Below the pieces are notes generated by a model, which saw only the letters and a program-made list of their open reading frames with translations, made no database searches and was not told where the DNA came from. Source: Limnochordia bacterium (lineage in GTDB: Bacteria > Bacillota > Limnochordia > Darwinibacteriales > DTU012). From it: a stretch of DNA of 64,000 nucleotides. This document shows, one piece after another, positions 1 through 10,007 of the stretch. The position numbers were made by a program, and so were the translations under genes. Location: positions 11,525 to 75,524 of the forward strand of contig SKHL01000030.1 in the NCBI GenBank assembly GCA_007116995.1. Reading direction: 5' to 3'. The stretch's first letter is position 1, and each line of letters starts with the position of its first letter.

Positions 1-1766
1 ATTAATGAAAATAATTCCACTCTAAACGGTTCATAATCATAAATTTCTAATCTATCCTCATACATGATCTCAATTAAATCCGTATACGCCTTATCATTTC
101 TATCTACAGACGCATACACCGCATTATATCCCATCTCTGTTAAAATCTGTCTCGAATCCTCTGAACTAAAAATATCATACGATATTTTCGCTATCGGAAG
201 TCCCATCGTCCGATTCAAAAAAATAACAAAATCTCTAATCTTATAAATCGCTATCCTCTTTGGTGGCTTTGGTGGTAGAATCCGTAATACAAAGTCCAAA
301 GCAATAATCGGCTTTGTTACATCATCCTCCACCAACATTTCCTTTATATATCCACACGCAATCCCTGTACTGTCACTTGTTATCGACTGATCGATATGAA
401 TAAATCTCTTCTTACTAGGGTCCTTGAACTTGTACCCCGGATATAAGAAGTCATGTAACCGAACTGAGTCTCCTGTAGATATAACAACAGCCTCCTGTAT
501 AAACGGGTGAGACAAGTAAGGCTTACAAACTCTCTTGTACACATCTTTAGAACTAAACAATCTCCCCATAGGCGCAACCGACACACCACCAATATCCTGC
601 AACGACCGAATAATGTTCGTATCAAAACCCTTTTTCAAGTCTACCGGAACATCCAAAAACAAGTCCCTATGATGATCCGGTAAATTATCAATCGCCTCTC
701 TAATTACCTCTGTCTCGTCAGAATCCCCATCTGACTCTACCTGACTAACCTCATCCTTTTTCGTGTACCGAGAAAGACCCTCAGACAATCGAAATCTATT
801 TACATCCTCTACAGACTCAATAATAAACGGGTCTAACGAACTATTACCCTGAAACACATAAAACTTCTTCTTCGAATACGCCCCCGGCTTTACTTCCCAC
901 AACTTAGGCGTCCGAATCAGTGTATGTGGATCCTTCATCCCCGCCCGTATCCTCTGTTCTGTAAATGAACTTTCATGAGTAGACGAAGATACCAAGATAC
1001 TCAACGAACTATCGTACCCATCCGAACTCACGAAACGAGACTTACTACGATTCACGATACTTGAGTACAAGTCAGAAATACGAGACGCCGAAGAAGAAAC
1101 AACCTGAGACCCACTCGACTCTCCCCTAAAGAAGTTCGCCTCATCCAAGATAGAACCCAACACGTTCATACCAATCGAGTGTTGAGTACCAGAACCGTAC
1201 GTCATCATAATATTCTCCGGAAATACAATCACAGAGTCTAACTTCTCTTTCCTAGGGAAGTGATCTTTGAAGTACGGTATTGAATCAATCATAGACCTCA
1301 TATCCCCAAAACCCGTAATCTCCGCCTGATTTTTATTCACACTAAAGTAAATGAACACAATCGTAGACGTAGGCATAAGATTAAGAAGTACCGGAATATT
1401 TTCGTAACACGATAACTCATAGAATTTCCGTAACATTATAATAATGGACGTGGTACTCTTACCCGTACCTATCGATCCTCCTAAAACTACCTCCGTTATC
1501 CTATCTGTTCTATCCGAACGAAAAATATCCCGTATTGTATCTTTCCAGTAGTCATACAAGTATACAAAGTTCGGTCCCAGAAAGTACTCCGACTCCAACC
1601 AACTCTCAACCGGCTCAATCTCTCGTATCTGTCTTGAAGTAGAGATCTTCTCCCGTCTGTATATTTCCTCTAAGAGTGCTCTCTTCAAGATAAGTTTTTC
1701 ATCCTTTGTCATGTTAACAAACGAACTGTCATCCCCCAAAGAATAAATCAAGTTATTACTATCCAT
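1..1766 (-). CDS. terL: Terminase large subunit (TerL), partial; the C-terminus runs off the left edge of the window
   Basis: Manual translation of the minus strand from ATG at 1766 (RBS GGGTGGGG upstream). Walker A VLGGSIGTGKST, Walker B ILDEANFF, and an RNaseH-like nuclease region (HIDQSITSDSTGIACGY). No stop before position 1; the ORF track omits it because it is truncated. Confidence 0.85.
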   Translation of the reverse strand, partial: MDSNNLIYSLGDDSSFVNMTKDEKLILKRALLEEIYRREKISTSRQIREIEPVESWLESEYFLGPNFVYLYDYWKDTIRDIFRSDRTDRITEVVLGGSIGTGKSTTSIIIMLRKFYELSCYENIPVLLNLMPTSTIVFIYFSVNKNQAEITGFGDMRSMIDSIPYFKDHFPRKEKLDSVIVFPENIMMTYGSGTQHSIGMNVLGSILDEANFFRGESSGSQVVSSSASRISDLYSSIVNRSKSRFVSSDGYDSSLSILVSSSTHESSFTEQRIRAGMKDPHTLIRTPKLWEVKPGAYSKKKFYVFQGNSSLDPFIIESVEDVNRFRLSEGLSRYTKKDEVSQVESDGDSDETEVIREAIDNLPDHHRDLFLDVPVDLKKGFDTNIIRSLQDIGGVSVAPMGRLFSSKDVYKRVCKPYLSHPFIQEAVVISTGDSVRLHDFLYPGYKFKDPSKKRFIHIDQSITSDSTGIACGYIKEMLVEDDVTKPIIALDFVLRILPPKPPKRIAIYKIRDFVIFLNRTMGLPIAKISYDIFSSEDSRQILTEMGYNAVYASVDRNDKAYTDLIEIMYEDRLEIYDYEPFRVELFSL

Positions 1767-1784
1767 ATCTTAGACCCCACCCTA

Positions 1785-2489
1785 CTACTTCAAAACTCGA
1801 ATTAAATCAACCAGTTTCTCTGAAGGCAAAGAACTCAACAACATTTTTAGTTTATCTACCTCTTCATCCCGCTTGTCCTTCTTCAAACTGTGTAACAGTT
1901 TCCGAGTCAGTTCCATCATGTTATCAAACGACTTAGACGCAGCCGTATGACGTTCTTTCAAATCGTCTACTTCCATACCTAGAATATCGTTAGGGTCAAA
2001 CAACGCCTTCTCCGATTCTGAGATAAAATCCAACAAATTAGAAGCTCTCCTAGACATAGCCATTAGTATGTTAAAGTCTATACTTCGTTCCAACTTGACC
2101 TCAGAATTAGCTGTAAACGAACTTAGGGGATCTGACGGAATTTTATCTCTGTTTTGTAACCAACCAATTAGATCTTCAATAACATCCCCCGACCCCATAT
2201 TCCCTTCTCCACCAAACAAGTCACTGTTACGAATCGCATCTCTCAGTACCTTGATCTTCTCAGATGAATCTTCTCTCCCTACACCTACACCCACCTTAGA
2301 AGAAGTACTATCTGTTTTTTCTACTTCCTTCTCTTCCTTATCCTCATTACCATCATTATTTAAGTCTACTTCCACATCATCTAAAATATCTAGTACATCA
2401 AAGTCACCTGATTTACTCGTGTCAACTTCCCGCTCTTTCTCTTCACCTTCATTATGAAGAATCTCATCTAAATCCTTCTCGTTATCCAC
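1785..2489 (-). CDS. Hypothetical acidic protein immediately upstream of terL (possible small terminase or scaffold; unproven)
   Basis: 234-aa ORF, very D/E-rich N-terminal half, collinear with and adjacent to terL. No diagnostic motif. Confidence 0.5.
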   Translation of the reverse strand: MDNEKDLDEILHNEGEEKEREVDTSKSGDFDVLDILDDVEVDLNNDGNEDKEEKEVEKTDSTSSKVGVGVGREDSSEKIKVLRDAIRNSDLFGGEGNMGSGDVIEDLIGWLQNRDKIPSDPLSSFTANSEVKLERSIDFNILMAMSRRASNLLDFISESEKALFDPNDILGMEVDDLKERHTAASKSFDNMMELTRKLLHSLKKDKRDEEVDKLKMLLSSLPSEKLVDLIRVLK

Positions 2490-2510
2490 TAGTACCGACC
2501 CTCTCTGTGT

Positions 2511-2897
2511 TTAATCTTCAAAGTCTTCGTCCGTAAAAAATTCTTCGTCCCCTCTACCCTCTAAAATCTTACTTACCCGCTTAACCGAACTCCGTATAAA
2601 ATACATCTTCTTACCAAAAATCTTAGACGCGCACATCATCGACTCTTCCGTAAAACCGTGTTTCTCTACGTATAAGTAAATCTTAATACTCTCAATATCC
2701 CGAAACAATGCTTTCCTACTAGGAATCTTGACCGTTGACCCAGCAAGTAAATCCAAAAACTTGATATAATCTTCTCCTATAAGATACTTTACAAAATCAT
2801 AGATAGGAGACTTACTAGAAAGTCTAAGATACTCTAAATATGTCTCAGACTCCTTCTCGCTCAAGTTAATCAGCGATAGAATTCCATGCTTTTCCAT
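2511..2897 (-). CDS. Hypothetical protein
   Basis: 128-aa minus-strand ORF in operon context; no recognisable domain. Confidence 0.5.
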   Translation of the reverse strand: MEKHGILSLINLSEKESETYLEYLRLSSKSPIYDFVKYLIGEDYIKFLDLLAGSTVKIPSRKALFRDIESIKIYLYVEKHGFTEESMMCASKIFGKKMYFIRSSVKRVSKILEGRGDEEFFTDEDFED

Positions 2898-3436
2898 ATA
2901 ACCGCCCCACTTAGTCTACGTATTAAGTCCCGGTAAAAATCCTTACCAAACCCACCTCGTAAATTACACTCACTATCTTCTCCCCCCTTCTCATTTATCG
3001 AGACCTTGAACCCGCTCTTTCTTAAGTCCTTCTCCACAAATAAACTCACATCACCATACGTACGAAACTCCCGACACACTGACTCAATGATACACTTAGG
3101 GATACTGATAAAGTCCATCTCAAAGTATGAATCTTCCACACTTTCATTATGAAAGTCCTCGTAACAAATCTCCCTCTTATTCTTATTACGGTAAAGATAG
3201 TTATGCATCTCATTTCTCATTCCCGAATATAAGAAGTTAAGAAGAGACCCCTTAGACTTGTCCCAATGACCGGCGGCTAAAAGCTCATACGCTTTTAGCA
3301 CACCAGTAGAAAGTAAATCTTCTTTCTCAGACGAATTCGCATAATAGTGACGTGTGTACACAATACTAGCCAAATCCTGTAACTTCTCCGGCAATTCTTC
3401 CGAATCCAAATCACACTCATACAATCTAAACGCCAA
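2870..3436 (-). CDS. Hypothetical 188-aa protein next to the clamp loader (possible clamp-loader small subunit or sigma-like factor)
   Basis: Size and position match a gp62-like small clamp-loader subunit downstream of a gp44-like ATPase. The segment DLLSTGVLKAYELLAAG...LLNFLYSGMRNEMHNYLYR loosely resembles sigma region 2. No decisive motif. Confidence 0.45.
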   Translation of the reverse strand: MAFRLYECDLDSEELPEKLQDLASIVYTRHYYANSSEKEDLLSTGVLKAYELLAAGHWDKSKGSLLNFLYSGMRNEMHNYLYRNKNKREICYEDFHNESVEDSYFEMDFISIPKCIIESVCREFRTYGDVSLFVEKDLRKSGFKVSINEKGGEDSECNLRGGFGKDFYRDLIRRLSGAVIWKSMEFYR

Positions 3437-3461
3437 CGAAAACCACCTCCCACGTAAACCT

Positions 3462-4517
3462 CTACCGTTTCATAGCCCGCTCTTTAAGAGATTTTCCCCC
3501 AGAAGTCTGTGTACTCTGCGCTGTTTTAGCATCGGCTGAAAGTAAATGGTAGTAAAGTAACATACCTGATTGAAAATCTTCCTCAGACCTAAAGATATTC
3601 TCCGACCAATCACTGTAATAATTCTTTACTATCTTTAATACGTTATTTCCGTAACCCGCCACAAGTTTCTTAATCAAACTATCCTTTGTACCCACCCCCG
3701 AAAATTCTTTCATGATCTCAAAGATAAAGTCCGAAAAATCCTTCTGTAAATACATAATAGGAATCGTCTTTAACTCCTTTAGATACGTTAAAACCCCATC
3801 CTCACGATTCTCTAAGATAGACTGAAATAAGTTACTATACAAGTCTAATCCTGATCGAACTGACTCCCGAAATACTTCGTCTCCTACCAACATGTACTTG
3901 TTTAACAACATATGAGCATTTCTCATATGTCCCATACTCCGAGTCGCAATCAATCTTTTCACATCGTCCGACACAGATATACCCAACCTATCTTCTATCC
4001 CCGTTAAATGTTCCACAATATCATCCCTAGGAACAAGTCCAAAAATCAACTCCAACGACCGAGATCTGATAGTAGGTATCACCTTATCAATATGCGTCGT
4101 ACACAGTAGAAAAAAGGTTTTACCCTCAACCTCCTCCAACACCTTCAATAAAGCAGTCTGAGCCTGACTACTCGCCGCATGAACCTCATCCAATACAATC
4201 ACTTTCCAGAACTCTTTTGACCCCGAACTAAATACATCCCGTAACTCCCGAACCCTCTCCACGTTACCAATAATCGTCGCATCATACTCAAAGTAAAACG
4301 GCGATAACGTCAGGTCATAGTTAGGGTCTTTGATCCCATTCAACTCTCTCGCCAAAATCCTCGCACTCGTAGTCTTACCTGATCCAAAAACACCACTTAA
4401 GATAATAGACCTCGGTGAATCCTCTGGATTTCTCACCACATACTGTAAAATTTTCTTGTTCAATTCCTGACCAGCCATACTACCCCAAGAACCCGGTCTT
4501 AACTCATTAGTCAACAT
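3462..4517 (-). CDS. Clamp-loader AAA+ ATPase (DnaX / T4 gp44 / RFC-like)
   Basis: Walker A LSGVFGSGKTTSARILA, Walker B VIVLDEVH, sensor region LLCTTHIDKVIPTIRSRS (SRC-like). The N-terminal R-P-x-x-W...GQE is typical of clamp-loader subunits. Confidence 0.8.
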   Translation of the reverse strand: MLTNELRPGSWGSMAGQELNKKILQYVVRNPEDSPRSIILSGVFGSGKTTSARILARELNGIKDPNYDLTLSPFYFEYDATIIGNVERVRELRDVFSSGSKEFWKVIVLDEVHAASSQAQTALLKVLEEVEGKTFFLLCTTHIDKVIPTIRSRSLELIFGLVPRDDIVEHLTGIEDRLGISVSDDVKRLIATRSMGHMRNAHMLLNKYMLVGDEVFRESVRSGLDLYSNLFQSILENREDGVLTYLKELKTIPIMYLQKDFSDFIFEIMKEFSGVGTKDSLIKKLVAGYGNNVLKIVKNYYSDWSENIFRSEEDFQSGMLLYYHLLSADAKTAQSTQTSGGKSLKERAMKR

Positions 4518-4609
4518 ATCAAAAATCCCCCTTCTAATTTTTTACCCCACTATAATAAATACGGAGAAATGCCCTCAATACTAAGTATTAGGGCACCTCT
4601 TTGTTACTA

Positions 4610-5818
4610 TTAAACCTGATACAGACTCTTAGCTAATTCAATACATTCCTTTAACTCTTCGACCTTTGTATCTTTCAAAACCGTCTTACCGAGATAATGA
4701 CCTTTCTTCAAGTCATACATTAACCGTACGTCATATCTCTTTCCTATATCGTATAAAACAGACTGTTCCACGTCCCGTCTAAATGTAAAGAATACATGAT
4801 ACGCGTTCTCCCTAGGCTTGTAGTCATAGTCTAAGTGAACAATCCAATCTTCAATCCCCTCATGCTTGTGAATCACATGATTGTACACCATATCATCCAT
4901 ATAATCAGCCGCTAGTGTAGACTCTGTGATATCTTCCATAGTAGTCCACCCATACTGTTCATCTAACTTATGTTTCGAGACCATCTTCTTAATTACATCT
5001 TTATCCCGAAGGTCTATTTTAACATACGGCTGACTCAACGCATCCGTACCCGACTTTAATACAGTGTATTTTCTTGTGTTAATAGTAGCCTTAATCAAGT
5101 CTCCCCACTCTTTATCTGTAATACTTTTATCCCCGATATAGTTAATAAACAACTCAATCGAGTAAATCTCATTACTACCATTTAAGATAAGAACCGGATC
5201 CACATGAGCATCTTTCAGACTTTTTTTAAACAAGTCCTCGTATAAAAAGTCACCCAACTCCCGATACAGCCGAGCCTTTTCCCGCTTGTTTTTCGTCTTG
5301 ATTACAGTAGCTTTACTCATAGAAATTTTCTCACCCTCTTCCTCTTTCTTCCCTGTAGTCTGAGTCTTCTTAACAAGTTCCGTATCATCTTTTTTATTAG
5401 TAGCCTTCTTACTTACAGAAACTTGTTGAACCGGACTCTTACTCTGTGTTTTAGTAATAGTTACACCAGAAAAACCCGTAACCTTAGGAGTCCAAGTAGT
5501 ACCGTCTTTATCCGGAATTAAGTTACCAAGAATCTTATTATCCTGGAACTCAGCGTCCACGTCAATGAAAAATCTATTATGTGGTATATTTTTATATTTA
5601 AGTACCCAGTCCTCAAACTTCAGTACCCCCGGAGAAACAATCGAATAATGAGGATACACCAAGTTCGCCTTCATTTTATACTCTTTTTCCATCATTAACT
5701 CAATGTTACCACCGTACTTCTGTGCCTTCTTCTCCATTGTCTTCCAATCAACTTTAACAAGAGTCCACTTCTCGTTAATCTCCTCATGTTCTTCCCTCTT
5801 CTTAATCACAAACTCCAC
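4610..5818 (-). CDS. Hypothetical 402-aa protein with a Lys-rich low-complexity linker (replication accessory or clamp candidate; unassigned)
   Basis: GTG start with RBS GGTGGTGA. Central K/T/E-rich segment. Position upstream of the clamp loader is where gp45-like clamps sit in T4-like phages, but no motif supports that. Confidence 0.5.
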   Translation of the reverse strand: MEFVIKKREEHEEINEKWTLVKVDWKTMEKKAQKYGGNIELMMEKEYKMKANLVYPHYSIVSPGVLKFEDWVLKYKNIPHNRFFIDVDAEFQDNKILGNLIPDKDGTTWTPKVTGFSGVTITKTQSKSPVQQVSVSKKATNKKDDTELVKKTQTTGKKEEEGEKISMSKATVIKTKNKREKARLYRELGDFLYEDLFKKSLKDAHVDPVLILNGSNEIYSIELFINYIGDKSITDKEWGDLIKATINTRKYTVLKSGTDALSQPYVKIDLRDKDVIKKMVSKHKLDEQYGWTTMEDITESTLAADYMDDMVYNHVIHKHEGIEDWIVHLDYDYKPRENAYHVFFTFRRDVEQSVLYDIGKRYDVRLMYDLKKGHYLGKTVLKDTKVEELKECIELAKSLYQV

Positions 5819-5837
5819 AAAATCACCACCAGTTAGA

Positions 5838-6326
5838 TTATGTTAAAACAGACTCTACCTCATCCTTGAATTCTTCAATCAACGTAATAATTTGTTCTTT
5901 GTTTAACCCATCTATCTCATACGACTCCAACGTTCCAGATAAGAACAGACCCAAAAGAGACCTAACAATCGTTCCACGATCTTCATTAACCGCACTCATC
6001 TTCAACATATCAACAAAAAAGTCATCCGATTCATTTATCTGAATCTTCTTCTTGACTCCCTTGTTCTTTATTGACTGTACTTCTTTCTCCTTATCCCTAC
6101 GAGCCTTTTCCCGATCTCGCATAGAATCAGCCGCTCCCCGAGAAAACATTTTTGTATCTGACCGAGAAGCTACCATTGACACATCAGTTACTTCATCTTG
6201 ACGTTCTTCCTCACGATCTACTCCCTCAGAAACATCCATGTTAGGGTTATTCTCTTTTTTCTTCTGTAACTGTTCAAAGATTGACCGACTTGTTTTTTTA
6301 TCCGCTGTTCTCATACTATCTCCCAC
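5838..6326 (-). CDS. Hypothetical protein
   Basis: 162-aa ORF, charged; no domain recognised. Confidence 0.5.
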   Translation of the reverse strand: MGDSMRTADKKTSRSIFEQLQKKKENNPNMDVSEGVDREEERQDEVTDVSMVASRSDTKMFSRGAADSMRDREKARRDKEKEVQSIKNKGVKKKIQINESDDFFVDMLKMSAVNEDRGTIVRSLLGLFLSGTLESYEIDGLNKEQIITLIEEFKDEVESVLT

Positions 6327-6334
6327 CCCGTAAG

Positions 6335-6832
6335 TTATTTAGTTCTTCCAATATCCTCACCCATGACCCGACCTTTTTTTCGACCCTTCCAAGACGGGTA
6401 TGTCAAAACAGACGTAGGCAACTTCTTTCCAGCAAGAGCCCCAGCAAACACAATATCCGCATCCTTCGTCTTACCCTTCCAACGTCTCCGACCCAAGTAA
6501 TCCAAGTCCACCATAACCGGAAGACCCTCCATACCATACTCAACCGCTAAATTCCGTATTGTACGTTCTGAAGTAACTCCCTTATGAGACACAACCAACT
6601 CCGTCAATTTACCCAAAATTTCCTGTTCATCAAAGTACCCATACGCACTTTTCTGTTTACCAGGTATAGAGAAAAGAAAAGCATCTACTTCCGGGTCATA
6701 CATAAGATAGATCTCGACCTCCCGAAGAATTTCTCTCTCTTCCATCTCCTCATTCACATCTCTCTTCTGTAGATCCTCCACGATACTACCCATAACATCT
6801 GAATATCTTGACTTATTTTTATCCACTATCAC
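6335..6832 (-). CDS. Hypothetical protein
   Basis: 165-aa ORF; no domain recognised. Confidence 0.5.
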   Translation of the reverse strand: MIVDKNKSRYSDVMGSIVEDLQKRDVNEEMEEREILREVEIYLMYDPEVDAFLFSIPGKQKSAYGYFDEQEILGKLTELVVSHKGVTSERTIRNLAVEYGMEGLPVMVDLDYLGRRRWKGKTKDADIVFAGALAGKKLPTSVLTYPSWKGRKKGRVMGEDIGRTK

Positions 6833-6881
6833 TGTCTAGTCCCCCTCTACGAAAATATGACCGTAATCTTTCAACACACCA

Positions 6882-7610
6882 CTAGTAATCTCCTAGTGAT
6901 ACCATAGTAAGAGAAATCCTCACTTTATCCGCTATATTCATGATACTGTTAGAGTACTTACTGATAACCATACCACTCTTCCTTACATTTCCGATCCCCC
7001 AAAAATACGCTGTAAAAGCTGTGTGATCCGAAGAAAAGATATCCCGTAACCATGCAAAATAAGCGAATCCTAAATGTAAGTTCTTGATAGGGTCTGTAAG
7101 TGTCTTCTCTCCATACCACTCAATACCCATCCACTTATTAACCTCTCGACCAGTAGGAATCAATATCTGAGTAAGACCATAAGCCCCTTTCGAACTAACC
7201 ACCCGTATTCTCCATGTAGATTCTTGTTTAACCCAAGAGTACATAACCACAGGATCATATCCGTAATAATCCGTCAAATAGAAAAAAACCTCCACAATCT
7301 CCTCAACCAACTCACTACAAATTCTACTATTATTTCTATAGAGATCCGTACGAATCCGATCCATGAGTAATAGTTCTATATTTTTTTCTGTTACAGACTC
7401 TACAACCCTCAGATCAGACTCACTCTCCCTACTTATATATAAAGTACCAGAAGAAATAGAATCACTATCACTATCTTTTTGACTACCCACATCACCCGCC
7501 ACCAAAACACGTTCATCAACTGTATTATAAGTTCTGTACGATCCAAACACAACAAAACCAAACAAAGTAAGCGAAGTAACTAGTATAATCAAAATATTTT
7601 TCCTACTCAT
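6882..7610 (-). CDS. Membrane-anchored lytic transglycosylase (SLT domain)
   Basis: N-terminal TM helix ILIILVTSLTLFGFVVF. SLT catalytic signature ...WVKQESTWRIRVVSSKGAYGLTQIL... (E-S...S-x-x-G-A-x-G-L-x-Q). TAG stop verified at 6882-6884. Confidence 0.75.
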   Translation of the reverse strand: MSRKNILIILVTSLTLFGFVVFGSYRTYNTVDERVLVAGDVGSQKDSDSDSISSGTLYISRESESDLRVVESVTEKNIELLLMDRIRTDLYRNNSRICSELVEEIVEVFFYLTDYYGYDPVVMYSWVKQESTWRIRVVSSKGAYGLTQILIPTGREVNKWMGIEWYGEKTLTDPIKNLHLGFAYFAWLRDIFSSDHTAFTAYFWGIGNVRKSGMVISKYSNSIMNIADKVRISLTMVSLGDY

Positions 7611-7630
7611 GACAACACCCCCTCCTACTA

Positions 7631-7650
7631 TATATACGGTGAAAAGTAAG
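7631..7650 (-). promoter_or_regulatory. CCGTATATA-class motif (candidate phage middle/late promoter) upstream of the lytic transglycosylase gene
   Basis: Coding strand CTTTTCACCGTATATATAG about 25 nt before ATG 7610; directly after hairpin GCGGAG-GAAA-CTCCGC plus T-run. Confidence 0.5.
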
Positions 7651-7654
7651 AAAA

Positions 7655-7670
7655 GCGGAGTTTCCTCCGC
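7655..7670 (-). terminator. Rho-independent terminator after gene 7677-8645
   Basis: GCGGAG-GAAA-CTCCGC followed on the coding strand by TTTTCTTACTTTTC. Confidence 0.6.
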
Positions 7671-7676
7671 CTCCCA

Positions 7677-8645
7677 CTACAACACCACACCATTTTTTAT
7701 CCTGTAGAGACCCCAAACGACCGAACTCATATGATCGTTGATTTGTTTCCGATACTTACTAATTAAATTCTCAGGCTCCGTATCCAACAATTTTAAGTCC
7801 TCACTGTAAACCCGTACCTTTCTCTCTTCAACCAATTTCTTAAAAGCCGGAATGAACTCATCGTCAGCCTTATTATACAGTTCCAATAGGGGAGGATTTG
7901 ACTTAACTTTTGTCTCATAGTAATCCTTCTGAACCTCTAACTTTACTGACCGTACCTGTTGATCTGACAACACCGTATTTTTTGATATACTCCAGAGATA
8001 CTGAATATATCTCCTGTCAGGATACTTGTCACTCAACAACTCCAGATACTCCATAACCTTCTTGTACTCATCCTTAGATAGACTAGATACCGTACTATGA
8101 CCACTATGTCCACTCAAAGTCACCGTACCCGCAGTATCCAAATCCAGATTTCTGAGATATTCTGTATCTTCGTCTGTTAAATCCACCCTCTCCGCCTCAA
8201 CCCAGAAAGGCTCAAAATCACGAAAACCTCTCTTCTTCAACTCCACAACCTTTTCCCAAACATCCGGATTATCCAATCTCCACTTTAAAGACTTATGATA
8301 ATCCTTGATTGTCCGTTCAATCTTGTTGAAATCTTTGATTTCATCCTTTGACAGATCTAACATCGCCCAAACACAAGTACTACCCGCAATCAGCATCTCC
8401 TCAGTCTCAACGTTCCTCAGTATATACTCATACCGAATCCGTTTTCCACAACCCTCAACTTGACACTTATCCGAGATTGACTTAGAAGGCGTCCACGCAT
8501 TGTCAACCACGTCCGTCAAACGAAGATTCCCCTTCTGATAAGACCGAAGTTTATTCAACGCATCAATGTACTTCATATGTTTTTTCTTCAAAAACCGAGT
8601 CCGACCGTTTCTTCGAAGAATTGATAAGATACTCTCTCTAGCCAT
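7677..8645 (-). CDS. Hypothetical early protein (322 aa) driven by a sigma70-type promoter
   Basis: ORF preceded by RBS AGAGAGGGG and the conserved early promoter at 8704-8733; followed by hairpin terminator 7655-7670. Confidence 0.6.
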   Translation of the reverse strand: MARESILSILRRNGRTRFLKKKHMKYIDALNKLRSYQKGNLRLTDVVDNAWTPSKSISDKCQVEGCGKRIRYEYILRNVETEEMLIAGSTCVWAMLDLSKDEIKDFNKIERTIKDYHKSLKWRLDNPDVWEKVVELKKRGFRDFEPFWVEAERVDLTDEDTEYLRNLDLDTAGTVTLSGHSGHSTVSSLSKDEYKKVMEYLELLSDKYPDRRYIQYLWSISKNTVLSDQQVRSVKLEVQKDYYETKVKSNPPLLELYNKADDEFIPAFKKLVEERKVRVYSEDLKLLDTEPENLISKYRKQINDHMSSVVWGLYRIKNGVVL

Positions 8646-8703
8646 GTAAATGACCCCTCTCTAATTTATCTGTCTATCATTACTATCTCCCAACTCCACT
8701 TTA

Positions 8704-8733
8704 AGTATACCATACAAATATATACAAGTCAAT
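8704..8733 (-). promoter_or_regulatory. Sigma70/sigmaA-consensus early promoter, copy 1 of a conserved 45-bp element
   Basis: Coding strand reads TTGACT-17nt-TGgTATACT (-35 at 8727-8732, -10 at 8704-8709). Embedded in the block gtattgacttgtatatatttgtatggtatacttaaagtgg, repeated almost identically at six sites. Confidence 0.7.
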
Positions 8734-8791
8734 ACGAAAATGAAAAAAATGAGACCAGAGATCCCATTTTTCCTATAGTATTTTTTCCAAA

Positions 8792-9355
8792 TCACAGATC
8801 GTACTTTCTCCTAATCAGTAGAAATGTAGCTAAACCATGTAGAAGATTTTTGTAAGACCCTAAATCAAACGGATTACTCGTACTCTCCCACTTAGCCCTC
8901 TTCCTCTTCGAGTAATTATACATCAAAAACCCCGCCTTATTCGTGTTAAAATTAACAGAAACAAAAGGGATAAAATTATTTATATCATCAGTATACCTCT
9001 CTACGTCTTTTACGAATGTATCCACGTTAAAAAATACACCCATCCTATTCTTACTATCCAAGTACGAATCAATAAATTTTTGATCAACTTCTTCGTCCTG
9101 AATATAAGGGTCGAGGTAAATATAGCTTTTTCCCATACCCACTCTCATTCCGATAACATACACACCGTCTTTTAACTTTTTGACCTCGACCGCTGAAACA
9201 TCTATATTTAGACTAACGTTATTTTTCGCTGAAAACCTTCTACCCAAAGTGTTCAGTACTAGTACCGAATTTAGAAACTTCTTTTTCTGTAAGATATTTT
9301 TAACGAACCTAAGTATCAAATTCATGAACTTTTTATGTTCCTGTTCAACCACCAA
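8792..9355 (-). CDS. Paralog family member 1 (unknown function)
   Basis: N-terminal NLILRFVKNILQKKKFLNSVLVLNTLG aligns with the N-termini of the next three ORFs. Confidence 0.55.
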   Translation of the reverse strand: MVVEQEHKKFMNLILRFVKNILQKKKFLNSVLVLNTLGRRFSAKNNVSLNIDVSAVEVKKLKDGVYVIGMRVGMGKSYIYLDPYIQDEEVDQKFIDSYLDSKNRMGVFFNVDTFVKDVERYTDDINNFIPFVSVNFNTNKAGFLMYNYSKRKRAKWESTSNPFDLGSYKNLLHGLATFLLIRRKYDL

Positions 9356-9364
9356 CCCAACCCC

Positions 9365-9988
9365 CTAAACCTTCAATTCCATAGGTAAGAAAAATAGTTC
9401 CGGTCTATCCTTCGGATTTTTAGTCCCATAATTAGATGAAAAATATTTAGGTAGTATGAGTGGGTCTGTGAATATCCGATCCTCTAAACCATGTCTTTCC
9501 ACGTAAACAGTGTACGATCTCATACCATATGTCCCCACAACACCCGCAACCGTAGACCCATCCTCTCTCAAACAAAATAACGGCAAAACGCTCTTCCTAC
9601 CACTAAAGAATGAATCAAATTCCTTGTTAACACTATTCGCTACAGATTTAGGGTCTGGTTTGTACACCTTAACAGCCTGAATTATCTTATCTTTAGTATC
9701 CTCATCATCTATTTTATTGTTGAGAGTAAAACTGAAATCACAATCTTCATGTTTAAAGTCAAATGAAGAACTAGATACGTCCATGTAAATAAAACTAAAC
9801 TTTTTCCCCATATAAAACTTCACTGAGTTATGTCCTGGAACAAATTTAATAGGCATCGTAAGGGTTCCTTCCGGACTCGTACCTACCTTAACCTTCACCC
9901 TCCACACCGTCCACTTTCCTGTTGAAGGCTTATTAAAAAATGTATTCAAAGTCTTAGTGAACATAGACAATGTTTTCTTGTTAATCAC
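9365..9988 (-). CDS. Paralog family member 2 (unknown function)
   Basis: MINKKTLSMFTKTLNTFFNK... N-terminus and the F-I/S-Y-I/M-D-L/V-S/T-G-S segment are shared with neighbours. Confidence 0.6.
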   Translation of the reverse strand: MINKKTLSMFTKTLNTFFNKPSTGKWTVWRVKVKVGTSPEGTLTMPIKFVPGHNSVKFYMGKKFSFIYMDVSSSSFDFKHEDCDFSFTLNNKIDDEDTKDKIIQAVKVYKPDPKSVANSVNKEFDSFFSGRKSVLPLFCLREDGSTVAGVVGTYGMRSYTVYVERHGLEDRIFTDPLILPKYFSSNYGTKNPKDRPELFFLPMELKV

Positions 9989-10007
9989 TTAAAAGTCACC
10001 ACCTAGT

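Noticed and set aside
8745-8775. Strong intrinsic terminator after gene 8792-9355
   Set aside because: Only a weak, G-U-containing 7-bp stem (TGGGATC/GGTCTCA) between A- and T-runs. It is too marginal to list as a feature, although the position after a gene and before the sigma70-type promoter is consistent with a terminator.
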